Shown piece by piece: positions 56,000 to 64,000 of a stretch of 64,000 nt of DNA. The DNA comes from Chloroflexota bacterium (lineage in GTDB: Bacteria > Chloroflexota > Limnocylindria > Limnocylindrales > CSP1-4). The notes under the pieces were generated by a model. The model saw only the letters and a program-made list of their open reading frames with translations, had not been told where the DNA came from and ran no database searches. The position numbers and the translations under genes are program-made. The first letter of the stretch is position 1. Every line of letters begins with the position of its first letter. The stretch lies in NCBI GenBank assembly GCA_025935925.1, contig JAICUI010000001.1, positions 77,605 to 141,604 of the forward strand, read 5' to 3'.

Positions 56000-57982
56000 G
56001 TGACCGACGCACCCGCCGTTCCCGCCGGCTTCGAGGCCCTGGGCCTCGATCCGCGGCTGCTCCGGACGCTCGGGGCGCTCGGGTACGAGGAGCCGACCCC
56101 GGTCCAGCTCGCGGCGATCCCGCCGCTGCTCGAGGGCCGGGATCTGCTCGCTGAGGCGCCCACCGGGACGGGCAAGACCGCGGCGTTCGCCCTGCCGATG
56201 CTCCAGCGGCTCGCGGCGGCGATCGATGCGCGGCGGGCGAGCGACCAGCCGGTGACCGGTCGCGGGGCCGCGTCCGATGGCGGCGGCAGCCGGCCGTCGG
56301 CGCTGGTGCTCGCCCCGACGCGCGAGCTCGCCATGCAGGTGGCCGAGGCGGTCCATCGCTACGGCCGCGAGCTCGGCGTCCGTGTCGTGCCGGTGTACGG
56401 CGGGCAGCCGATCACGACACAGCTGCACCGGCTGGCCCGGGGCGTGGACATCGTCGTCGCGACGCCCGGCCGGGCGGTCGATCACCTGGACCGCGGCACG
56501 CTGCGCTTCGACGAGGTCACGACGGTCGTCCTCGACGAGGCGGACGAGATGCTCGACATGGGCTTCGCCGACGACCTCGAGCGGATCCTCGGCGCGCTGC
56601 CGCTCGGCCGACAGACGGCCCTGTTCAGTGCCACGATCGCGGGCCCGATCGCCCGCCTCGCCGAGGCGCACCTCCGACAGCCCGCGCGCGTCCGCGTCGA
56701 GGGCGACCGGCCCGGCACCGGGGAGGCCGCCCGCGTCCGCCAGGTGGCCTATGTGGTCCGCCGGGCCGACAAGCTCGCGGCGCTCGGGCGGATCCTGGAT
56801 CTCGAGGACGGCGCGGCGACGCTGGTGTTCGCCCGCACGCGCGGCGAGGTCGACGACCTGGCTGAAGCGCTCTCGGGGCGCGGCCGGGACGCCGCCGCGC
56901 TCCACGGTGGGCTCTCGCAGGAGCAGCGCGACCGGATCATGGGTCGGTTCCGGGAGGGGGCGCTGGACGTGCTCGTCGCGACCGACGTCGCGGCTCGCGG
57001 CCTCGACATCGAGCACGTGAGCCACGTCGTCAACTACGACGTCCCGTCGTCGCCCGAGGCGTACGTGCACCGCATCGGCCGGACGGGCCGCGCCGGCCGC
57101 GAGGGCACCGCGATCACGCTCGTCGAGCCGCGCGAGCACCGGCTGCTCCGGGACATCGAACGGTCGCTCGGCGCCCCGCTCGAGATCCAGGGCCTGCCGA
57201 CGGTCGCGGATCTCCGCGAGCACCGGCTGGAGCTCCTCCGCGCGTCGCTGCGCGAGGCGCTCCTCGGCGACGGGTTCGACCGGTACCGGGCCGTGGTCGA
57301 GTCGCTGTCGGAGGAGTTCGACGTCGTCGACATCGCGCTGGCGGCCGTGAGCCTGGCGGACGCCGAGGCGCGTGGCGCCGAGGACACCACGGAGCTGGCG
57401 CCGGCGACGCTGCCGACCGCGGACCGTCCGGACCGCGGACGCGGCCCGGTGCGCGGCGCGGGCACGAGGCCCCGGCACGGGCAGGAGCGACTCGGCGCGT
57501 ACGGCGCGCGCCCACCGCGTCGCAGCCCCGAGGCGCACGAGCGCGAAGCGGCGCCGCCGTCTCGCCCACGCGGCCCGGGTCCCGCGACGGACCGCGTGCC
57601 GGCTGGCCCGCGCAAGGGGTATCGCGCGACGGCGTGGCGCGATGCCGACGGCCGGCCGGTGATGCGCCCGCCGCGCGGATCGCGGCCCGGGGACGGCGAC
57701 GCCGCGGACGGCGACCCGGCCGGCATCCCGAGCACGGGGACGGGCGGCGTGACCCGCCTGTTCGTCGGCGCGGGGCGGGCGGCCGGGATGCGTCCCGGCG
57801 ACCTCGTCGGCGCGATCACGAACGAGGCCGGGCTGCGCGGCAACGACATCGGCGCGATCCAGATCGCCGACGGGTTCTCGCTCGTCGAGGTGCCCGAGGC
57901 GTCGGCGGATCGCGTCATCCGGGCGCTCCGCGCGGCCACGATCCGCGGCCAGAAGGTCAACGTCCGGCGGGAGCGGTACTGA
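56000..57982 (+). CDS. DEAD-box RNA helicase with C-terminal DbpA-type RNA-binding domain (DeaD/CsdA-like)
   Basis: GTG start. AAFALPML, APTGTGKT, DEAD, SAT and [10 protein letters not shown] are present. C-term GVTRLFVGAGRAAGMRPGDLVGAI...VNVRRE is the DbpA RBD. Confidence 0.9.
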   Translation: MTDAPAVPAGFEALGLDPRLLRTLGALGYEEPTPVQLAAIPPLLEGRDLLAEAPTGTGKTAAFALPMLQRLAAAIDARRASDQPVTGRGAASDGGGSRPSALVLAPTRELAMQVAEAVHRYGRELGVRVVPVYGGQPITTQLHRLARGVDIVVATPGRAVDHLDRGTLRFDEVTTVVLDEADEMLDMGFADDLERILGALPLGRQTALFSATIAGPIARLAEAHLRQPARVRVEGDRPGTGEAARVRQVAYVVRRADKLAALGRILDLEDGAATLVFARTRGEVDDLAEALSGRGRDAAALHGGLSQEQRDRIMGRFREGALDVLVATDVAARGLDIEHVSHVVNYDVPSSPEAYVHRIGRTGRAGREGTAITLVEPREHRLLRDIERSLGAPLEIQGLPTVADLREHRLELLRASLREALLGDGFDRYRAVVESLSEEFDVVDIALAAVSLADAEARGAEDTTELAPATLPTADRPDRGRGPVRGAGTRPRHGQERLGAYGARPPRRSPEAHEREAAPPSRPRGPGPATDRVPAGPRKGYRATAWRDADGRPVMRPPRGSRPGDGDAADGDPAGIPSTGTGGVTRLFVGAGRAAGMRPGDLVGAITNEAGLRGNDIGAIQIADGFSLVEVPEASADRVIRALRAATIRGQKVNVRRERY

Positions 57983-57983
57983 C

Positions 57984-58832
57984 CTAGCCGGTCCCCTCGT
58001 CGGTCCGGTCGCGCAGGAACCGCTCGATCTCGGCGATCAGGTCGTCGCCAGCAGGCTGGCGCTCCTCGTCGACCATCGATTCCAGGCGCTCGACGTACGC
58101 CCGCGTCGTCTCGTCGGCGGCCGTGGCGGCGTCGAGCCGCTGCCGGAGCTGCCGACTCTCCTCCTCCAGGTCGCCGTGGGGCAGCGTGACGTCGAGGTGC
58201 CGCTCGAGCGACCGCAGCAGCTCCAGCGAGGCCAGCGCGTACGGCCCGCTCACGTAGTGGGGGATCTGCGCGAAGTAGCCCACCGCGGGCACGCCCGACG
58301 CCGACACCGCCAGCTCCAGCATCGACAGCGCCGCGGACGGAACGCGAAGCATGCCCGCGGGTCCCGGGAGGACGCCGCCCTTCAGCAGCCCGTCGCGGGA
58401 TGCGGTCCCGAGGATGGGCACGGCGCGCGTGTGCGCAACCGCCGCCGGGATCGCCCCGAGGCTGATCCAGCCTGCGACCCCGAGGCGGCCGAGCAGCTCG
58501 ACCGTGTCGTCGGCGAGCCGGTGCCAGCGGTCGTCCGGCTCGGCGCCGGTCAGGACGAGCAGGTCCCGCCCGCCGTACCGGGCGGACCGCAGCGTGACCT
58601 CGGGCCACTCCAACCCTTCGAGCCGGCCGTTGCGGATCGTGAGCGTCGGGCGGCGCGAGCGGTAGTCGAACAGCTGGTCCGGGTCGAAGCGCGCCACGAG
58701 CGTGCCGTCCACACCGAGGAGGCCGAGCACGGCCGTCGCCGCCGACCCCGCGTCCACCCAGCCGTCGAACGCGGCGACGACGATGGGCGCCTCGAGGTCG
58801 GGGAGCGGACCCTCGAGCTGGTACAGCGGCAT
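57984..58832 (-). CDS. PAC2 (proteasome assembly chaperone 2-like) family protein
   Basis: PIVVAAFDGWVDAGSAA is typical of actinobacterial PAC2 proteins. 282 aa. Confidence 0.6.
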   Translation of the reverse strand: MPLYQLEGPLPDLEAPIVVAAFDGWVDAGSAATAVLGLLGVDGTLVARFDPDQLFDYRSRRPTLTIRNGRLEGLEWPEVTLRSARYGGRDLLVLTGAEPDDRWHRLADDTVELLGRLGVAGWISLGAIPAAVAHTRAVPILGTASRDGLLKGGVLPGPAGMLRVPSAALSMLELAVSASGVPAVGYFAQIPHYVSGPYALASLELLRSLERHLDVTLPHGDLEEESRQLRQRLDAATAADETTRAYVERLESMVDEERQPAGDDLIAEIERFLRDRTDEGTG

Positions 58833-58972
58833 GGCACGGAGTCTACGGGGACCGGCCCGGGGCGGCGCGAACCCGGTGGGCCGGGCGGCCCTTTACGTGC
58901 CCGGTGACGGGGGGCATGCTGGCCGGGCTGACCCGGCGGCACGTCCCGTCGCCGGCCCAGGGGGTGCCACCC

Positions 58973-59455
58973 ATGCTCGGTCGCCTGTTCCGCGTCGTGC
59001 TCTCGCTGTTCGCGGCGCTGCTTGCGTTCACCGCCGCCGCCGCCGTCTACGCCAGGGTCGCGGGTCGGCCATCGACCACGCCGGAGCCCGACGCGGACGA
59101 GATCGACCTCGTCGCGACCTTCGGGCCGGTCGCGTTCCGGAGCACCGCCGGGAGCTTCCGCGGCGGCACGGTGACGACGTGGTTCGGCGGCGGCACGGTC
59201 GACCTGCGGAACGCCACCCTCGATCCGGCCGGGGCGACGATCCGGACGAGCACGCTGTTCGGCGGCGGCAACCTCATCGTCCCCGACGACTGGCGCGTCG
59301 AGACGGCCCTCGTGGGGATCGGCGGCGCGGGCGACGGACGGCCGTCCGGCAACCCGCCCGCCGGCGGCCCGACGCTGCGTCTCGAGGGGCTCGCGCTGTT
59401 CGGCGGCTGGGGCGTCACCTCGGAGCCGCCCGGCGAGGAGCTGCTCGCGGTCTGA
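58973..59455 (+). CDS. Membrane-anchored protein with LiaF-C-like (DUF2154-like) beta domain
   Basis: TM helix, then TTWFGGGTVDLRNATL...TLFGGGNLIVPDDWRV. Confidence 0.45.
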   Translation: MLGRLFRVVLSLFAALLAFTAAAAVYARVAGRPSTTPEPDADEIDLVATFGPVAFRSTAGSFRGGTVTTWFGGGTVDLRNATLDPAGATIRTSTLFGGGNLIVPDDWRVETALVGIGGAGDGRPSGNPPAGGPTLRLEGLALFGGWGVTSEPPGEELLAV

Positions 59456-59480
59456 CGCCCCGGACGCCTCGGCCGAGCGG

Positions 59481-60383
59481 CTAGCTGAACAGCTCGCCGC
59501 CCGTGACGGCGATCACCTCGCCCGTGACGTAGCTCGCCTCCGGCGAGGCGAGGAACACGTACGCCGGTGCGAGCTCCGCGGGCTGCGCGGGCCGCCCGAG
59601 CGGCGAGTCCTGTCCGAAGGTCGACGTGCCCTCGGCGCTCGTGCTCGCCGGGATGAGCGGCGTCCAGACCGGCCCGGGCGCCACGACGTTGACGCGGATC
59701 CCGCGCTTGGCGACCTCGAACGCAAGGGCCTGGGAGAACGCGACGATGCCGCCCTTGGTCGTCGCGTACGCGAGCAGCGACGACGACGGCTCGCGCGCCT
59801 GGATCGATGCCGTGTTGATCACGGAGCTGCCGGGCTCCATGGTCGGCACGATCTCGCGGCACAGCCAGAACATGGCGGACAGGTTCGTCTTGAGGGTCCG
59901 GTCCCAGTCCTCCGTGGGAACCTGCGAGATCGAGTCGTACCGCTTCTGGAACGCCGCGTTGTTGACCAGGACGTCGATGCGGCCCAGCTCCTCGCGGGCG
60001 CGGCCGGCGAGCGCCTTGCACTGCGCCTCGTCCGACAGGTCGCCCGGCACGGCGATCGCCTTGCGCCCCTCGGCCTCCACGAGCCGCACCGTGTCCTGGG
60101 CGTCCTCGGTCTCCGACAGGTAGGCGATGACGACATCGGCGCCTTCGCGCGCGAAGGCGAGCGCGACGGCCTTGCCGATGCCGCTGTCGGCACCGGTGAT
60201 CAGCGTCGCGAGGCCGGTGAGCCGCCCGCTGCCGCGGTACGTCTGCTCGCCGTGGTCCGGCCGTGGCTGCATCGACGGCTCGTCACCGGGCAGCTGCTGC
60301 GTCTGCTTCCCGAACGGCGGCCGCGGGTACGCATTGCGGGGGTCGACGAGTCGGCGCCCGGCGGAGGTGTCGGTGGTGGTCAT
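59481..60383 (-). CDS. SDR-family oxidoreductase (YhdF / general-stress-protein-39-like)
   Basis: LITGADSGIGKAV, NNAA and the YATTK catalytic triad region. Confidence 0.9.
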   Translation of the reverse strand: MTTTDTSAGRRLVDPRNAYPRPPFGKQTQQLPGDEPSMQPRPDHGEQTYRGSGRLTGLATLITGADSGIGKAVALAFAREGADVVIAYLSETEDAQDTVRLVEAEGRKAIAVPGDLSDEAQCKALAGRAREELGRIDVLVNNAAFQKRYDSISQVPTEDWDRTLKTNLSAMFWLCREIVPTMEPGSSVINTASIQAREPSSSLLAYATTKGGIVAFSQALAFEVAKRGIRVNVVAPGPVWTPLIPASTSAEGTSTFGQDSPLGRPAQPAELAPAYVFLASPEASYVTGEVIAVTGGELFS

Positions 60384-60495
60384 GGGAAGCTCTCCTGGCT
60401 CGGTCCTGCGGTTCGTCGGACCAGCCTCGCCGTCGTCCGGTCCGCCGCGGGTTCGAGATCGGTCGGCCGGCGTTGCAGCGCCCTGCCGGTCGGGG

Positions 60496-62067
60496 TCAGG
60501 CGGAGGCGGCGACGGCGCGCGGCTGCGTCTCGCCGGCCACCATGACGTTGCCGGGGCCGCGGAGCTTGCCGCGGTACATCGCCTGGTCCGCGGCCACCAT
60601 CAGGTCCGCACCGGTGTCGCCGTCGATCGGATACACCGCGACGCCCACCGTGACGTCGACGCCCTGCTTGCCGGCCACGTCGACGACCGCCCGCCGGACG
60701 CGCTGGGCGAGGAGCACGGCGTCCTCGGCGTCGGCGTCCGCCGCGACGACGAGCAGCTCGTCCCCGCCGTAGCGGCCGACGACGTCGCCCTGCCGGATCG
60801 CCCCGCGGACCGCCGTGCCCACGGCCCGCAGGACGTCGTCGCCCGCCTCGTGGCCGCGCAGGTCGTTGACGGACTTGAACCCGTCGAGATCGCAGAACAG
60901 GACCGCGGCGCTCGCGCCGCTCCGGCGGGCGCGCGCGACGTACGCCGCCAGCTCGTCCGAGATCGCGCGCCGGTTCAGCAGCTGCGTCAGCGAATCGGTG
61001 GCGGCCTCCGCGCGGATCCGCTGCAGCTGGCCCTGCGCGAGCGACAGGCCCATCTGGCTCGCGAGCCCGTAGAGCAGGCGGAGCTGGCCGTCGTTCGGCA
61101 CCGTCGGGGCCGGCCACAGGACGGGCAGGATGCCGACCCAGCGGCCCTCGAGGAAGATCGGCACCAGGGTGATGCCGCGGACCCAGTCCGGGACCCCGAG
61201 CGCGGCGGCGATCGGCGAGCCGGCGTCGACCGGGTACGTGAGCGACTCGCCCGCCGTGAACCGTCGCGTCAGCTCGTCGCTGGAGCCCATCGTCGCTTCG
61301 ACGCGGTCGCGGTCGAGCCGCCGGCGCTCCGGGGAATGCCAGCGCACCAGCATGAAGTTGCCGTCCGGATCGCGGAGCGCGACCGACCGCACCCGGCCGC
61401 CGACCGCCTCGTGGAGGCGGCGGTCGAGGAGCTCGAGCGTCTCCTCCTCCTGCTGCTGCTGGGCGAGGGCGGCCGTGAGGTCCAGCAGCGCCCGCAGGTC
61501 GCGTCGCCCGCGCTCCGCGATCACCGCGGATCCGGCCATCAGGCCGCCCGTGAGGGCGATGATGCCCACCCCGCCCGCGATCGACCGCGGCGGCGTCGTG
61601 TTGCCGTACGAGAGGTGGAGCACGAGCTGCATGCCGTACACGACGATGCTGGCGACGGTGACGGCGACGCCGGCACCCATCCCGCCGACGACCGTCGCCT
61701 CGAGCGAGAGCAGCGGGTAGAAGTAGAACGCCATCCATTCCGGCTCCGCGGCGAACGCCGTGCCCGTCAGATAGACCGCCACGACGTCCGCGACGAGGAA
61801 CAGCGTCGCCTGGCGGCGGATGCGCTCGAGCGGCAGGCCGTCGAGCAGCGTCATCCGCTGGACGATCACCGTCCCGGTCACGATGACCACCGCGGCGGCG
61901 ACGAGCGGAAGGGAGACGGTGCGGCCGCTGAAGGCCAGCAGGCCGATCGTCCCGATGGCGAGCAGCCGCAGCCAGAACAGGGCGCGTTCGAAGCCGAGCA
62001 GCTCGTGGGCCTCGCCGATGGCGGGCCGCTCGTGAATCACCGGCATGACGCCGCCCCCTTGACTCAT
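60496..62067 (-). CDS. Membrane-anchored GAF-GGDEF diguanylate cyclase
   Basis: Six N-terminal TM helices, a GAF-like middle, then RYGGDEL and an inhibitory-site-like RxxD. Confidence 0.85.
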   Translation of the reverse strand: MSQGGGVMPVIHERPAIGEAHELLGFERALFWLRLLAIGTIGLLAFSGRTVSLPLVAAAVVIVTGTVIVQRMTLLDGLPLERIRRQATLFLVADVVAVYLTGTAFAAEPEWMAFYFYPLLSLEATVVGGMGAGVAVTVASIVVYGMQLVLHLSYGNTTPPRSIAGGVGIIALTGGLMAGSAVIAERGRRDLRALLDLTAALAQQQQEEETLELLDRRLHEAVGGRVRSVALRDPDGNFMLVRWHSPERRRLDRDRVEATMGSSDELTRRFTAGESLTYPVDAGSPIAAALGVPDWVRGITLVPIFLEGRWVGILPVLWPAPTVPNDGQLRLLYGLASQMGLSLAQGQLQRIRAEAATDSLTQLLNRRAISDELAAYVARARRSGASAAVLFCDLDGFKSVNDLRGHEAGDDVLRAVGTAVRGAIRQGDVVGRYGGDELLVVAADADAEDAVLLAQRVRRAVVDVAGKQGVDVTVGVAVYPIDGDTGADLMVAADQAMYRGKLRGPGNVMVAGETQPRAVAASA

Positions 62068-62227
62068 GTGCGGTCCACCCTACGCAATCCGCCGGAGACC
62101 GGCAACGCGGCACAGGTACCGCTCGGCGGTCGCGTGGTGCGTCCTCGGCAACACGCCGACCCCGGCCGCGGTCGTGCGCGGTACCGTGCCCGCAGTGCCC
62201 ACGCAGCGGAGAGGGAGCCGCGACCAG

Positions 62228-63430
62228 ATGATCGGGACGACCCCGTTTCACGAGCGCACGTCGGCGCTCAACGAGACGGGCCTGTGGAGCCACTGGGCCG
62301 GCCGGCTGGCGGCGGAGAAGTACCAGCTGTCCGAGAAGTTCGAGTACTTCGCCGTCCGCAACGCCGCGGGAATCTTCGACACGTCGCCGCTGTTCAAGTA
62401 CCGGTTCTCGGGCCCGGGCGCGGAGGCGTACCTCGCGAGCGTGCTCGCCCGCGACCCGCACACGCTCGCGCCCGGCGAGGCGCAGTACACGATCTGGTGC
62501 GACGACCGCGGCTTCCTCGTCGAGGACGGCGTGCTGCTCCGCCACGCTGCCGACGAGTTCGTGCTGACCGCCGCGGAGCCCAACCTCGCGTGGTTCTCGG
62601 ACCTCGTGCGGCCGCGCGACCACGTGCGCGTCGATGACGTCTCCGACGACTGGGCGGTGCTGTCGATCCAGGGGCCGCGGGCGCTGCGCGTGCTTCTGTC
62701 GCTCGACAAGGGGATCGAGCGCCTCGCCTACTTCGGGCATCGCGAGACGAAGGTCGCGGGGGCGCGCGTGCGGGTGTCGCGGACCGGATACACCGGCGAC
62801 CTCGGCTACGAGGTGTGGTGCCGCTCCGACGACGCGCTCCGCGTCTGGGACGCCGTCTGGCAGGCGTCCGAGGGCCTCGGCGTGCTGCCCTTCGGGCTCC
62901 AGGCGCTGTACATGGCGCGGATCGAGGCCGGCCTGCTGCTGCTGGACGTCGACTTCGCGTCGTCGCGCTACGCGTGGACGGATGCGGACCGGGCCACGCC
63001 GCACGAGCTGGGCCTCGGCTGGATGCTCCGTGGCGTCGCCGACGACGAGCGGCGGTTCGTCGGCCGCGAGGCGATCCGGCGGGAGCTCGCGAACCGCACG
63101 TCCCGCTTCCGGACGACCGGCTTCGTCGTCGACTGGCGCGACTGGAACCGGCTCCACGAGGAGGGCGGGCTGATGCCGCCGATGGACCACACGCCGGTCC
63201 AGGAGGAGATGTTCCTGTACGACGACGAGGGCTCGCAGATCGGCTTCTCGACGTCGTTCCTGTACTCGCCGGTGCTCCAGCGGCACGTCGGCATCGGGCG
63301 GGTGCCCGTGGCCGCCTCGCAGCCGGGCTGCAAGGTGAACCTGGAGATCCCGATCAATCACCGCTACGTGCACGTCGTCGCGCACACCGCGCGGCTGCCC
63401 CACTACAACCCGCAGCGGAAGACGGCCTGA
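62228..63430 (+). CDS. Aminomethyltransferase (GcvT/DmdA-like folate-binding) family protein
   Basis: AGIFDTSPLFKYRFSGPGAEAYL...TGYTGDLGYEVW. Confidence 0.8.
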   Translation: MIGTTPFHERTSALNETGLWSHWAGRLAAEKYQLSEKFEYFAVRNAAGIFDTSPLFKYRFSGPGAEAYLASVLARDPHTLAPGEAQYTIWCDDRGFLVEDGVLLRHAADEFVLTAAEPNLAWFSDLVRPRDHVRVDDVSDDWAVLSIQGPRALRVLLSLDKGIERLAYFGHRETKVAGARVRVSRTGYTGDLGYEVWCRSDDALRVWDAVWQASEGLGVLPFGLQALYMARIEAGLLLLDVDFASSRYAWTDADRATPHELGLGWMLRGVADDERRFVGREAIRRELANRTSRFRTTGFVVDWRDWNRLHEEGGLMPPMDHTPVQEEMFLYDDEGSQIGFSTSFLYSPVLQRHVGIGRVPVAASQPGCKVNLEIPINHRYVHVVAHTARLPHYNPQRKTA

Positions 63431-63432
63431 CC

Positions 63433-64000
63433 ATGGCGAAGTCGAACGGCTCCTCCTCGAAGTCCAACGGGTCCGCGAAGGCGGCCCGCGTGAAGCCGCG
63501 CGAGCACGACACCGACCGCAGCTTCGACGCCATCGTGGTCGGCGCCGGCCACAACGGGCTGACGAACGGTGCGTACCTCGCGAAGGCCGGCCTCCGGACG
63601 CTGGTGCTCGAACGGCGCCCGTTCGTGGGTGGCGCAGCCATCACCGAGGAGCTCCGCCCCGGGTTCTGGTTCACGACCTTCTCGTACGCGCTGTCGCTGC
63701 TCCGGCCGGAGATCGTCCAGGAGCTCGAGCTCGTGAAGCACGGCTTCATGCCCCTCCTGATGTCGTCGACCTTCGCGCCGATGGAGAACGGCGACTACCT
63801 GCTCCTCGGCCAGGACCACGGGGCCAACCAGCGGGAGATCGCCCGGCACAGCCGCCACGACGCCGACGCCTACGACCGATTCGAGTACGACGTGAACAAG
63901 GTGCTGCAGGCGTTCAAGCCGCTCATGGATGCGCCGCCCCCGAACCTGTTCAGCGACGACCCCGAGGAGCTCATCGCGCTCGCCGGACTCGGGGCGCGGT
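63433..64000 (+). CDS. NAD(P)/FAD-dependent oxidoreductase (phytoene-desaturase/CrtI-like), 5' part; runs off the window end
   Basis: IVVGAGHNGLTNGAYLAKAGLRTLVLERRPFVGGAA Rossmann fold. No stop before position 64000, so absent from the ORF track. Confidence 0.7.
   Translation, partial: MAKSNGSSSKSNGSAKAARVKPREHDTDRSFDAIVVGAGHNGLTNGAYLAKAGLRTLVLERRPFVGGAAITEELRPGFWFTTFSYALSLLRPEIVQELELVKHGFMPLLMSSTFAPMENGDYLLLGQDHGANQREIARHSRHDADAYDRFEYDVNKVLQAFKPLMDAPPPNLFSDDPEELIALAGLGAR

Noticed and set aside
54419-57538. 1039-aa minus-strand ORF
   Set aside because: Antisense to the DEAD-box helicase and the WYL-regulator region. Arg/Gly-rich artefact.
60380-63403. 1007-aa minus-strand ORF
   Set aside because: Antisense to the aminomethyltransferase gene and overlapping the GGDEF gene in another frame. 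Artefact.

Overview
This is a high-GC (~72%) chromosomal window densely packed with genes on both strands. It has many GTG/TTG starts and ATGA/GTGA start-stop overlaps. The gene content (PAC2 protein, Ddn-type F420-dependent nitroreductase, Tag, PafBC-like WYL regulator) points to an Actinomycetota genome; that is inference. No rRNA, tRNA, CRISPR, transposase or integrase was found by eye.

Coding content, in order: an ECF sigma-factor 3' end and membrane partner; a CocE/NonD hydrolase; a NUDIX hydrolase; a five-gene Opp/Dpp/Nik-type ABC importer; an aquaporin; three separate ABC-2 exporter pairs; a SpoIID/LytB amidase enhancer; Tag glycosylase; a cupredoxin lipoprotein with a 4-TM partner; a 1774-aa GAF/PAS histidine kinase with a lone receiver and a NarL-type regulator; a GreA-domain protein with a long N-terminal extension; a beta-lactamase-family serine hydrolase; a DUF72 protein; two DEAD-box helicases (one beside YbaK, one divergent from a WYL-domain regulator); an ArsR-MFS operon; an MBL hydrolase; a DUF2089-DUF4097-small-protein-MFS operon; a VOC-amidohydrolase pair; an HhH-GPD gene overlapping a SemiSWEET-like gene; a DUF3037 gene overlapping a HipA-like kinase gene; two SRPBCC paralogues; and PAC2, LiaF-C-like, SDR, GGDEF, aminomethyltransferase and CrtI-like FAD oxidoreductase genes.

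The features most worth a second look are non-coding. A family of CAGCG(C/G)CG / CGCT(C/G)AGCG palindrome-containing repeats occupies three intergenic regions that all lie between convergent 3' ends. A separate ~40-bp element is duplicated at two distant loci. An AT-rich sigma70-like promoter island precedes the DUF2089 operon. Protein-level oddities are listed in the findings. The many long antisense ORFs in the six-frame track are GC-content artefacts.
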